DNA of 64,000 nt from assembly GCA_963740115.1 (NCBI GenBank), contig CAVUCQ010000001.1, positions 245,098-309,097 of the forward strand, read 5' to 3'. This document shows positions 10,722 to 20,398 of this stretch, piece by piece (positions within the stretch are counted from its first letter, which is position 1; each line of letters starts with the position of its first letter). The notes below the pieces were generated by a model. That model saw only the letters and a list, made by a program, of their open reading frames with translations, was not told where the DNA came from and did no database searches. This DNA comes from an uncultured Actinomycetota bacterium. Its GTDB lineage: Bacteria; Actinomycetota; Actinomycetes; Propionibacteriales; Nocardioidaceae. The position numbers were made by a program, and so were the translations under genes.

Positions 10722-12926
10722 GTGAAGAGAAGTCGTTTGGCCGCCCTGGCCGGACTCGCTGCGACCGCGGTCGCAGCGTCCCTCATGGCACCTGCCGTCA
10801 CCTCGGCATCCGCCGCCCCCACCGCCCCCCACCCGGCCGCGAGCAACCCTCGCGGTGAAGCCCGCGCCGCGGCCTTCTCCTGGGTCGAGGGCCACCGCAC
10901 CCAGCTCCGGCGCGCGCCGGGCGACCGGATCGTGCCGGTCGCGTCCCTCCCGGGCGCCAACGGCACCTGGTCCGTCGCCTACGAGCGCACCCACCGAGGC
11001 CTCGAGGTCTTCGGCGGCGACTTCGTCGTGATGACGGACGCCGCCGGCAAGGTCGTCACCACGTCCGTCGCGCAGCGCAAGGTGATCGAGCTCGGTTCGC
11101 TCGAGCCCCGCGTCAGCCTCGCGGCCGCCGAGCGGGCCGCCGGCACCCGCTTCGACGAGATCGAACGGGTCGGCGCACCGGAGAAGCTCGTCTACGCGCT
11201 CGGCCGACCGCGCCTGGCCTACCGCGTCCCGGTGTCCGGCGAGCAGGACGGGATCCACGCCGGCGAGGACGTCTACGTCGACGCGATCACGGGCAAGGTG
11301 CTCGACTACACGGTCACGCTGGCCCACGGGACCGGCGACGGCTTCCACAACGGCCCCGACCCGCTCTCCCTGCGCACCGCCCAGTCCGGCTCCACGTACA
11401 CGATGAGCGACACCACGGTCCCCGGGCTCACCTGCGGCCAGGCCAACGGCACCTCGCGGACGGTGCCGGTGCTCTCGGGACAGGACGACGTGTGGGGCCA
11501 GGGCAACACCTCGATCGAGACCGGCTGCGTCGACGCCCTGTACTCCGTCCAGCAGCAGGACGCGATGCTGAAGACGCTGGCTCGGCCGCAACTCCTTCAA
11601 GGGCGACGGCACCTCCTGGCCGATCCACGTGGGGCTCAACGACCAGAACGCCTTCTACTGCCACGGACAGGCTGACTGCGGCGGTCGCAACGAGGTGCAG
11701 TTCGGCAAGAACCCGAGCGGCAACTGGGTCTCCACCCTCGACGTCGCCGGCCACGAGATGGGTCACGGCATCGACGACTACACCCCGAGCGGCATCTCGC
11801 GCCGCGGGACGCAGGAGTTCGTCGGTGACGTGCTGGGCACGCTGACCGAGCACTACGACAACCAGCCCTCGCCCTACGACACGCCCGACTACCTCATCGG
11901 CGAGGAGGCCAACCTGGTCGGCAGCGGCGAGATCCGCAACATGACCAACCCGGCCGCCGAGGGCCACCCGGTCTGCTACACCACCGCCATCGACACCACC
12001 CAGGTGCACGCGGCGGCCGGCCCGGGCGACCACTGGTTCTGGCTGCTGGCCAACGGCGGCACCTCGCGCTGCGACAGCACGGCGGTCACCGGCATCGGCA
12101 TCCAGAAGGCCGGCAAGATCTTCTACAACGCGATGCTGCTCAAGACCACCGCGAGTGGCTACCAGGCCTACCGGACCTGGACGCTCCAGGCGGCCAAGAC
12201 CCTCCACCCCACCAGCTGCACCGAGTTCAACGCGGTCAAGCTGGCGTGGGACGCCGTCAACGTGCCCGTGCAGGCCGGAGAACCGACGTGCACAGGTGGG
12301 GGCCCCGGCTCTCTCCCGCTCCCCCCCCCGGGCCACAAAACGGGCCCCCCCCCCCCCCCCCCGCCCTCCCCCCCCCGCCGGCACCTCACCGCACGCCGCG
12401 ACCGCGCGGCACCGCCGGTGCCACCGGGTCCGCGCAGTTCACGTTCACGGTCGGTGGGGGCGGCACCACGACGCAGCTCCTGGGCAACGCGGGCTTCGAG
12501 TCCGGCGCCACGGTGTGGACCGGCACCTCCGGTCCGATCACGAGCAGCACCGGTCGCCCGGCTCGCAGCGGCTCCTGGAAGCTCTGGCTCGGCGGCAACG
12601 GCACCACCAGCACCGAGACGATCAACCAGTCGGTGACCATCCCGTCCACGGCGACCGCGGCGACGCTGTCGTACTGGATCCGGACGGACACCGCCGAGAG
12701 CGGCTCGACGGCGTACGACTCGATGCGGGTGCAGGTCGTGGACGGCTCGACGGCCACCACGCTCCGCACCTTCACCAACGTCGGCACCAACGCGACGTAC
12801 ACGCAGTTCTCGCACAGCCTGGCGGCCTACCGGGGCCGGACGGTCACCATCCGCTTCACCATGAACGAGGACTCGTCGCTCCAGACCAGCTTCGTGGTCG
12901 ACGACACGGCGCTGAACGTCTCCTGA
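10722..12926 (+). pseudogene. M4 (thermolysin-like) secreted metalloprotease, reading frame broken twice
   Basis: Frame 0, 10722 to about 11576: signal peptide VKRSRLAALAGLAATAVAASLMAPAVTSASA plus propeptide. Frame +1, about 11578 to about 12330: WLGRNSFKGDGTSWPIHVGLNDQNAFY...VAGHEMGHGI (HEXXH). Frame 0 again, about 12380 to 12926: beta-rich C-terminal domain (LLGNAGFESGATVWTG...). The frame shifts at 11574-11577 and again inside the C-runs at 12321-12376. Confidence 0.85.
12321..12376. repeat. homopolymeric C tracts (9 C, 18 C, 9 C) inside the protease linker
   Basis: C x9 at 12321-12329, C x18 at 12345-12362, and C x9 at 12368-12376. They are separated by gggccacaaaacggg and gccct. Confidence 0.9.
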
Positions 12927-12941
12927 GCTCCCGGGTCGGCC

Positions 12942-14903
12942 CTACTCCGCCAACCACGCCGCCCAGGCGTCGAAGGAGTAGGGCCGGCCCAGGAAGTCGG
13001 CCACGAGGTCGGCGGCATCCTTGCGCCCACCCATCGCCAGCACCTTGTCGCGGTAGGCGGTGGCCACGTCGGCTGCGAACAGGTCGTCGCCGTCGAAGGC
13101 GGAGAAGAGGTCCTTGGCGATCACGAGCGACCACATGTAGGTGTAGTAGCCCGACGAGTAGCCGTCGAGGTGGCCGAAGGCGCAGTGCATGTGAGCGCCC
13201 TCGAGCGGTGGGTAGACCGAGTAGCGACGCTGGAGCTCGTCGCCGTAGGCCGTCAGGTCGTCGTGCGCCCCGGCGTGGAAGTAGTAGGACCGGGCGGCGT
13301 AGGACATCTGCTGCACGGCGTAGAGGCCCTTGCCGAAGTGGTCGGCGCGGCGCATGGCCGCCACGAGCTCGGCCGGGATCGTCTCGCCGTCCTCGTTGCG
13401 CGCGAAGGTCGCGAGCACGTCGGCGTCCCACGCCCATTCCTCCAGCATCTGGCTGGGCGCCTCGACGAAGTCCCACTCGGTGGCGACGCCGGAGAACCTG
13501 ACCCAGCCGCCCTGACCGCCCAGGACGTGGTGGACGAGGTGGCCGAACTCGTGGAACAGCGTCACCACCTCGTCGTGCTCCATCAGGCCACGGCTGAAGT
13601 TGCACACCAGCACGCCCTCGGGCAGCTGCTCGCCCGCGACGCCCTTGACCATGTCGAACTGGGCGGCGTGCTTGAACTTGCCCTCCCGGGGGTGGAGGTC
13701 GAGGTGGATCCGGCCGATGCGACGGCCCTCGAGCCCCACGTCGTAGCTCGCCACGTCGTCGTGCCAGGTGCCGGCGTCCGCGTGCGGCACCGGCGTCCAC
13801 TCGAGGCCGAAGAGCCGGCCGGTCACGTCGAGGAGCCCCTGGCGGACCGACTCGAAGGCGAAGTACGTGCGGACGACCTGGCCGTCGACGTCGTACTGCT
13901 CGCGGCGCACGAGCTCGGCGTAGTAGCGCGAGTCGTAGGTCGTCACGACGTCGGCGGTCGGGTCGTCGGCGCGCTTGCGCTCGAGGAGCACGGCGACCTC
14001 CTGCCCGGCGCGCTCGGTCGCCGCCTCGCTGATCCGCTCGATGAACTCCGCGATCGCCGCACCGGAGCCGATCATCTTGACCTCGGCGTCGTAGTCGGGC
14101 CAGGACGCGTAGCCGAGCAGGTCCGCGGTCTCCCGACGCACGGCGAACAGGTCCTGCAGGACCTGGTCGTTGGCGGGCCAGGCGACGTTGTTCTGAGCGA
14201 GCGCCAGCTCGCGACGGGCGTCGGCGTCGGCGCCGAACGTCATGAACGGGACGAGGTCGGGATAGTCCGTGGTGATCGTGACCAGGCCGTCGTCGCCGGC
14301 GGGGTGCAGCTCGCGGTAGTCGTCGGGGAGCCCGGCCAGCCGCTCGGGTGCGACCCGGATCGAGCGGACGTCGTCGCGGATCGTGCGACCGAAGTCCTGG
14401 GAGAGCGTCACCGAGCGCTCGCTGAGCTCACGCAGCCGGTCGCGGGTCGCGTCGTCGCGGTCGACGCCGGTGCGACGGAAGTCGCGCAGCGTGTGCTCGA
14501 GCACCCGGCGGGCGTCGTCGTCGAGACCCGCACCGGGACCGGCGTCGAGCGCGTCGAAGACGGCGAACAGGTCGCGGTCCTGCCCCAGCTCCGTGACGTA
14601 CTTCTGCACCTGCTGGCTCAGCTCGTCGGCGCGATCACGCACCCCGGCGTCGGGGTGCACCTCCGACCACAGCGCCACCGCCTCGGCGTTGGCGAGGGCG
14701 GTCTCGGCACGGTTCCACGCGGCGAGCACCTCGTGGGGATCGGTGGACCCCGACTTCACCTGCTCCACCTGGCGCACCGCCTCGGCGAGCTCGCCCTCGC
14801 ACCGCTCACCGACCCAGGCGAGCCAGTCGCCGCCACCGGGGAGGGGGAGCGAGTCGGTGCTCGCGGGGGCGGAGGTGGGCTGGGTGTCGGTGTCGTGGGC
14901 CAC
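12942..14903 (-). CDS. M3 family metallopeptidase (oligopeptidase / dipeptidyl carboxypeptidase-like)
   Basis: HEFGHLVHHVL zinc motif. The likely start is the GTG at 14903 (VAHDTDTQPTSAP...). The upstream part of track ORF 12942..15416 is junk antisense to the MFS gene. Confidence 0.9.
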   Translation of the reverse strand: MAHDTDTQPTSAPASTDSLPLPGGGDWLAWVGERCEGELAEAVRQVEQVKSGSTDPHEVLAAWNRAETALANAEAVALWSEVHPDAGVRDRADELSQQVQKYVTELGQDRDLFAVFDALDAGPGAGLDDDARRVLEHTLRDFRRTGVDRDDATRDRLRELSERSVTLSQDFGRTIRDDVRSIRVAPERLAGLPDDYRELHPAGDDGLVTITTDYPDLVPFMTFGADADARRELALAQNNVAWPANDQVLQDLFAVRRETADLLGYASWPDYDAEVKMIGSGAAIAEFIERISEAATERAGQEVAVLLERKRADDPTADVVTTYDSRYYAELVRREQYDVDGQVVRTYFAFESVRQGLLDVTGRLFGLEWTPVPHADAGTWHDDVASYDVGLEGRRIGRIHLDLHPREGKFKHAAQFDMVKGVAGEQLPEGVLVCNFSRGLMEHDEVVTLFHEFGHLVHHVLGGQGGWVRFSGVATEWDFVEAPSQMLEEWAWDADVLATFARNEDGETIPAELVAAMRRADHFGKGLYAVQQMSYAARSYYFHAGAHDDLTAYGDELQRRYSVYPPLEGAHMHCAFGHLDGYSSGYYTYMWSLVIAKDLFSAFDGDDLFAADVATAYRDKVLAMGGRKDAADLVADFLGRPYSFDAWAAWLAE

Positions 14904-14927
14904 GGCAGCTGAGCCTACGGGCGCGGT

Positions 14928-16238
14928 GTGACAACCTCCACCGACATCCCTGCAGGCGCTGCACCGGTACCGGAGACGTCGCACCGGGACCGTAGCGTGG
15001 GACGCGTGACGGGGATCGAGACGCAGACCGGGACCGAGTTCCGGTTCCGCGACATCTGGCTCGTGGCCTACGGCCCCTCGATCGTCTCCGCGATCGGGCA
15101 CGGCGCGATCATGCCTGTGCTGGCGCTGCGGGCACGCGACCTCGGCGCCGACGTCAGCACCGCCGCCGTGGTCGTGGCGCTGACCGGCGTGGGCATGCTC
15201 CTCGCGAGCCTTCCCGCCGGTGCCCTGGTCGCCCGGATCGGCGAACGACGCGCCCTGGTCGGCGCAGGATTCGCGGACGCCGCGGCGATGGCGCTCGTCG
15301 CCCTCACCGACTCGGTGGCGGCCCTCGCGGTCGGCGTGCTCCTCAGCGGCGTGTGCTGGACGGTGTTCCTGATCGCTCGCCAGGGGTTCATGATCGACGT
15401 GGTCCCGGCCACGCACCGGGCGCGGGCGATGTCACTGCTGGGTGGCTCCTACCGCATCGGCGTGCTCGTCGGACCGCTCATCGGTGCCGGGCTGATCAGC
15501 CTCACCGACCTGACCAGCGTCTTCTGGCTCAGCGCCGCGATGTCGGTCAGCGCGTCCCTGCTCGCCGGGCTGATGCCGGACCTCGGCGAGGAGAAGCGGG
15601 CCGCGGCCAAGGCGTCCGGCCACCTGGCCGTGTGGACGGTCATCGCCTCCCACCGCAAGGTGCTGGCCACCCTCGGCACCGCCGTCGTGATCCTCGGCAT
15701 GAGCCGGTCGCTGCGGCTCAGCCTGTTGCCGCTGTGGGCCGACCACCTCGGTCTCTCCGCCTCGACGACCTCGCTGATCTTCGCCGGCGCGGCCGCCCTC
15801 GACGTCGCCTTCATGTGGCCGGGCGGCTGGCTGATGGACACCCGCGGTCGGATGGTCGTGGCGGTCCCGGTCGTCCTCTCCATGGCGGTGGCCTGCCTCC
15901 TGCTCCCGCTCGCCACGTCGGCGGCGTCCGTGGCGCTGGTCATGGCCCTCATCGCCTGCGGCAACGGCCTCGGGTCGGGCATCGTGATGACGCTCGGGGC
16001 GGACGCGGCACCGAGCGAGGGCAGGTCGCAGTTCCTCGGCGCCTGGCGCCTGTGCGGCGACATCGGCAACACCGGCGGACCGCTGCTGGTCGGCGCGGTG
16101 GCGGCCGTGGCGCCGCTGACGACCGCGTGCCTCGTCGTCGGGGTGCTCGGGCTGGCCGGCGCCGGCTGGGTGGGCTACTGGACCGGCAGGGTGGACCGGG
16201 CGCGGGCCCTGGCCGCCGCCCGGGCAGGCGGGTCCTAG
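14928..16238 (+). CDS. MFS transporter
   Basis: 436 aa with about 12 hydrophobic segments. Contains LASLPAGALVARIGERRAL, resembling the loop 2-3 motif. Confidence 0.85.
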   Translation: MTTSTDIPAGAAPVPETSHRDRSVGRVTGIETQTGTEFRFRDIWLVAYGPSIVSAIGHGAIMPVLALRARDLGADVSTAAVVVALTGVGMLLASLPAGALVARIGERRALVGAGFADAAAMALVALTDSVAALAVGVLLSGVCWTVFLIARQGFMIDVVPATHRARAMSLLGGSYRIGVLVGPLIGAGLISLTDLTSVFWLSAAMSVSASLLAGLMPDLGEEKRAAAKASGHLAVWTVIASHRKVLATLGTAVVILGMSRSLRLSLLPLWADHLGLSASTTSLIFAGAAALDVAFMWPGGWLMDTRGRMVVAVPVVLSMAVACLLLPLATSAASVALVMALIACGNGLGSGIVMTLGADAAPSEGRSQFLGAWRLCGDIGNTGGPLLVGAVAAVAPLTTACLVVGVLGLAGAGWVGYWTGRVDRARALAAARAGGS

Positions 16239-16765
16239 CCGACCGTCACCGTGACCTCGTTGGACGTCACCTGGGTGTCGGTGTCGACGACGCGGAACTT
16301 GTTGGGGCCGGTGCGGCTGGTCTGGACGTAGGTCGCGAAGGTGCCGCCCGACACCGACATGGTCACCGGGAAGTCCGACCACGCGCCGTTCTCGAGGCGC
16401 TGCACCTGCAGGATCGCGCCCTCACCGCCCTGGTAGGTGCCGGTGAGGTCGATCTGCTGCATCGGGCTGACCGACTGCTGGGTGGCGGACAGGGAGATGC
16501 CCTCGGCAGGGGCCTCGGTCGTGGACTCGGTGCCGGGGCTGGGCTCCACGGGGTCGGGGGCCGGCGCCGAGCTGCCGGTGTCGCTCGGCTGGGGCAGCTC
16601 GAAGGTCGAGGGTGTGCCGCTGTCCTCGCTGGCTGTGGTCGTCCCACCGATACCGGTCGCGTTGACCCCGATCATGATGGCGAGCCCGCCCAGGAGGCCG
16701 ATGGCCACGGCGACCCCGACCAGGGCGATGAGCCCGGTCAGGACGGGACGGTTCTCGGTGTCCAT
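16235..16765 (-). CDS. membrane-anchored hypothetical protein with Pro/Ser/Thr linker and C-terminal beta domain
   Basis: The ATG at 16765 gives MDTENRPVLTGLIALVGVAVAIGLLGGLAIMIGV (TM segment), then a low-complexity linker, then ...IDLTGTYQGGEGAILQVQRLENGAWSDFPVTMSVSGGTFATYVQTSRTGPNKFRVVD. Confidence 0.6.
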   Translation of the reverse strand: MDTENRPVLTGLIALVGVAVAIGLLGGLAIMIGVNATGIGGTTTASEDSGTPSTFELPQPSDTGSSAPAPDPVEPSPGTESTTEAPAEGISLSATQQSVSPMQQIDLTGTYQGGEGAILQVQRLENGAWSDFPVTMSVSGGTFATYVQTSRTGPNKFRVVDTDTQVTSNEVTVTVG

Positions 16766-16893
16766 GGAGGCCTCTCGAACGGTGGACGGGGTCTCGCCAT
16801 TGTCCAAGACAGCCGGTCGCATGGCCAACCAGCGGCCCCGCCCCGGAGAAGGTGGTCCGGGCCGGCCGCACACCCGTCCGTCAGGATGGACCC

Positions 16894-17676
16894 ATGCAGT
16901 CACCGTTGCGACACGGCAGGGCGGCCATCGGCACGACGATCGCCGGAGGAGCCATCGCCGCCCTTTCACAGGCGCCGGAGCGCGCCTCGCGGCTCCTGCG
17001 ACAGCGCTACCCCACGGTCGCGGTCACCGGGATGACGGGCGTGGGCAAGACCCGGCTGGCCGACCGGCTGTCCCGGCGCGCGAGCGCCGAGGGAGGGGCG
17101 GACGTGGGCTCCGCCGTCATGGAGCGCCGTACGCGCCGCAACACGAAGCTGCGCGGCTACCGGTTCCGCGTCGTGCCGGGCGAGAACGCCGCCACCCGCC
17201 TCGGCGCGCTGGACGAGGTGTTCCACGACGAGCCCGTCGACGGGGTGCTGCACGTGGTCGCCAACGGCTACGCCACCCCCCGTCGTACGGGCGGCACGAG
17301 CGGCTCGGCCCTCGCCACGCGCGAGGAGCAGCTCGCCGCCGAGCTGGAGGACTGGGCGATCACCGCGCACCGCATCGCCAGCATGGCAGTGCGTCGCGAG
17401 CGGCACACCTGGCTGGTGGTGGCGGTCACGAAGGCAGACCTGTTCGCCGACGACATCGATGCGGCCGTCCACTACTACTCCCCCGGCAGCGGCTCGCCCT
17501 TCGGCGACAAGCTCGACGAGCTGCGCGCGCTGGCCGGCGGCGCCAAGCTCTCGATCGACGTGCTTCCGGTGTGCGCGCAGGGCGGTGGCAAGAAGTCCGC
17601 CATGCCGGAGAAGGCGTGCGCCGACCTGCTCGGCCGGCTGGAGCTGCGGCTGGCCCAGCTCAGCGGGCACGTCTGA
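16894..17676 (+). CDS. P-loop GTPase-like protein of unknown function
   Basis: Walker A/G1 motif VAVTGMTGVGKTRL and G4-like motif VVAVTKADL. About 260 aa. The start is either the ATG at 16894 or the track start at 16852. Confidence 0.65.
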   Translation: MQSPLRHGRAAIGTTIAGGAIAALSQAPERASRLLRQRYPTVAVTGMTGVGKTRLADRLSRRASAEGGADVGSAVMERRTRRNTKLRGYRFRVVPGENAATRLGALDEVFHDEPVDGVLHVVANGYATPRRTGGTSGSALATREEQLAAELEDWAITAHRIASMAVRRERHTWLVVAVTKADLFADDIDAAVHYYSPGSGSPFGDKLDELRALAGGAKLSIDVLPVCAQGGGKKSAMPEKACADLLGRLELRLAQLSGHV

Positions 17677-17760
17677 TGCGTTCGCGCCGCGCAGTGGGCG
17701 CGTAGTTCACCATTTCACGACTTCGGGTTTCGACGCCGTCCATCGGGGCAGAAGAGGCCC

Positions 17761-18063
17761 ATGAGGCCGATCGCGATCAACCAGCGGGCGCTGCGCAGCG
17801 CCAAGGAGGACCTGGACTCCGCCCGTGAGGACCTGCGGTCCGCGCTGGGCGACGTCGACCACCCCTCCGACGACTTCCCGTGGCGCGACCTGGTGGTCGA
17901 GGGCGTGCGCAGCCTCATGGGCGACGCCGAGCAGATCAGCCGGAAGTGCCGCACCATCGCGGCGGCCATCGACGACTCGATCATCGACTTCGACGAGCTC
18001 GACGTGATGGTCGGCCAGGCCGCCCAGGTCGCCGCCCAGCTGGACCAGGTGGACCCGCGGTGA
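17761..18063 (+). CDS. small (~100 aa) predicted all-helical protein, analogous in position to the gene at 52341..52664
   Basis: Translation: MRPIAINQRALRSAKEDLDSAREDLRSALGD...SLMGDAEQISRKCRTIAAAIDDSIIDFDELD. The stop overlaps the next GTG start (GTGA at 18060-18063). Confidence 0.55.
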   Translation: MRPIAINQRALRSAKEDLDSAREDLRSALGDVDHPSDDFPWRDLVVEGVRSLMGDAEQISRKCRTIAAAIDDSIIDFDELDVMVGQAAQVAAQLDQVDPR

Positions 18064-19062
18064 CGAGGGTCGTGGTCGACCGGGTCGAGGTGCAGCAGGA
18101 CCAGCTGCAGTTCGGCGACCCCATCGGCTGCCGCTACCACTGGCTCGAGCCCGACGAGGTCGACTCCTACGGCGACTCGGTGCGTCGGCTCGCCGCCAAG
18201 GTCGAGCTGGCGGCCGACGGCTTCGAGCGCACCGCGACCCTCTCCGAGGACGTCTTCGCCGGCGAGGCCGCCGACGCGCTGCGGGCCCGGGCCGAGCGTC
18301 GCCACGAGGAGTCGGTGACGGTGCGCGACAACCTGCGCGGTCTGGGGCGGGCGATCAACGCCTACTCCGACGTCCTGCGCCGCCACCGCGAGGGCCTCGA
18401 GCAGCTGCGCGCCCACGCCGCGGCCCTGGGCCTCGAGATCCGCGACCACCGCATCTGGCCCCCGGTGGAGACGATCGCCGGCGACGCGCCGCAGAAGGAG
18501 GTCGACGCGTGGGAGCGTGACTGGAAGGCCTACCAGGAGTGCTTCGACCTCAAGATCGAGCTGCGGGACGCCCGGCGGGCGAGCACTGCGTGAGCTCGTC
18601 AAGGCGCTCGCCGACCACGCCGGGGTCCACCCCGACAAGGACCGCCAGACGCTCGTGCCGGCCGGCGCCCACCAGGTGACGTTCGGCGAGCTCGGCCGCG
18701 AGGCGGCCGAGGAGGCGATGGAGGCCGTCCGGGCCGACGACCTCGCCGACGCGGCCCAACGCACCGTCGACGGGCTCAGGCGGCGTGAGCAGGGCGCCCT
18801 CGGGGACCTGGAGGAGATGGTCCTCGCGGAGCGGCCGCCCGAGGAGATCCAGGCCCAGGCCACCAAGGTGGCGGCCATCCACCGCGACCTCGTCGAGGCC
18901 CGCATCGACGCCCGCGAGGCCGACGCGGTCGCCGACCGGGAGCAGGCGCAGGCCAGCCGGGCGGCCCGCGACCTCCGGGACGCCGAGAACGGCACGCCGC
19001 GGCTGGTGGCCGAGCAGACCACCTCGCAGCCTCCCACCGACCTCCGCGACCGGCTCGGCTAG
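18060..19062 (+). CDS. T7SS-signal-like N-terminal domain protein with coiled-coil C-terminus (probable frameshift at ~18578)
   Basis: The N-terminus ...GDSVRRLAAKVELAADGFERTATLSEDVFAGEAADALRARAERRHEESVTVRDNLRGLGRAINAYSDVLRRHREGLEQL is laid out like the N-terminus of the toxin at 50603..52339. Frame A stops at 18593 (ELRDARRASTA*). The +1 frame continues ...ALRELVKALADH... to 19062. The junction is in the G-rich run cggcgggcg (18574-18582). Confidence 0.55.
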
Positions 19063-20354
19063 GACGTCGGCCGCGCGGCGCCCGTACGACGCTCGCGCTC
19101 CGCGACGGCGTACGGGTCGGTGCGCGAGTCGTAGGACCAGAAGTCGCGCAGCACGACGGCGGTGACGATCACCCCGCCCACGCACGCCGCGCCCCCGCTG
19201 ACGATCGCACCCCTGACGGTCCACGCATCGGCCACGAAGCCGGCCCGCGTCTCCCCGATCATCGGGCCGACCGAGTAGGACAGCATCTCGATGCCGGCCA
19301 GCCGCCCCCGCATGGTGTCGGGGATCGTCTGGTTCCACACCGTGGCACGGAAGACGCCGGACACCATGTCGGCGGCCCCGGCCAGCGCCAGGAAGGCACA
19401 GGCCAGCCCGAAGGACGGCATCAGCCCGGCCATCGCGATGAACGCGCCGTAGAGGCAGGCCGCGACCACGATCGCCCGGCCGTGGTGGTGCACGCGGCCC
19501 ACCCAGCCGCTCAGCGCGGTGGCGACGATCGCACCCACGGTCTCGGCGGAGTAGAGGAGGCCGAGCAGCTCGGGTCGTTCGAAGACCTCGTGCGCCAGGG
19601 CGGGGAAGAGCACCACCGGCATGGCGAGCATCATCGCCGCGATGTCGACGACGTAGGTGCCGAGCAGGTCGCGCCGCCCCACGGCGTACGTCAGTCCCTC
19701 CTGGATGCCGCGCAGGCTGGGCGGGGTCGTCTCGCCGTCGTGGGGGTAGGGCCGCATCGCCGCGAAGAGGAGCGTGGCGACGGCGTAGCCGGCCATGCCG
19801 ACGACGAAGCACCACCCGACGTCGGCGTAGGCGATGAGGAGGCCGCCGAAGAGGGGCCCGAGCAGCACGCCGAGCTGCATGGCGAAGCTGCTGAGGGCGC
19901 TCGCCGCGGCGATCTGGTCGTGCCGCACGGTGCGCGGCTCGAGGGCCTCGCGCGAGGGGCGCTGCATCGAGCTGGCCGCGGCGTAGAGCGCGGCGAGCAC
20001 GAAGATCACCCACACCCGCGGCTCGTCGGAGAACGCGTTCCACGCGAACGCAGCCATCAGCACGACCTGCGCGCTCCCGGTGGTCACCAGCAACCGTCGG
20101 CGGTCGACGTGGTCGGCCAGCGCGCCGCCGTAGAGCCCGAAGACGATGAGCGGTCCGAGCTCGACGAGCCCGACGAGGCCGACCAGCAGGTTGGAGCCGG
20201 TGAGGTCGTAGATCGCGAACGGGACCGCGACGTAGGCGACCATGCTCCCGAGGTAGAACACGCTGCCGGCGGTGAAGAGCAGCCGGAAGTCGCGGGACTC
20301 CCGCAGCGGCGAGGCGTCCATGCGCATCGCGCGGAAGCGCTCGGTCCAGGTCAC
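19059..20354 (-). CDS. MFS transporter (EntS/enterobactin-exporter-like subfamily)
   Basis: 431 aa. N-terminus: RESRDFRLLFTAGSVFYLGSMVAYVAVPFAIYDLTGSNLLVGLVGLVELGPLIVFGLYGGALADHVDRRRLL. Confidence 0.85.
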   Translation of the reverse strand: MTWTERFRAMRMDASPLRESRDFRLLFTAGSVFYLGSMVAYVAVPFAIYDLTGSNLLVGLVGLVELGPLIVFGLYGGALADHVDRRRLLVTTGSAQVVLMAAFAWNAFSDEPRVWVIFVLAALYAAASSMQRPSREALEPRTVRHDQIAAASALSSFAMQLGVLLGPLFGGLLIAYADVGWCFVVGMAGYAVATLLFAAMRPYPHDGETTPPSLRGIQEGLTYAVGRRDLLGTYVVDIAAMMLAMPVVLFPALAHEVFERPELLGLLYSAETVGAIVATALSGWVGRVHHHGRAIVVAACLYGAFIAMAGLMPSFGLACAFLALAGAADMVSGVFRATVWNQTIPDTMRGRLAGIEMLSYSVGPMIGETRAGFVADAWTVRGAIVSGGAACVGGVIVTAVVLRDFWSYDSRTDPYAVAERERRTGAARPTS

Positions 20355-20398
20355 GAGAACTCAGTGTCCACCCGCCGGGAGCGAGCGGCACGTGGTTT

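Noticed and set aside
12290-12400. Genuine poly-proline linker translated straight through the poly-C tracts
   Set aside because: No single frame connects the HEXXH domain to the C-terminal domain through this segment. The frame must change inside it, so I call it a lesion or artefact rather than an intact Pro-rich linker.
17715-19037. 440-aa minus-strand ORF
   Set aside because: The Ser/Arg/Ala-rich translation is antisense to the better-supported plus-strand genes at 17761..19062.
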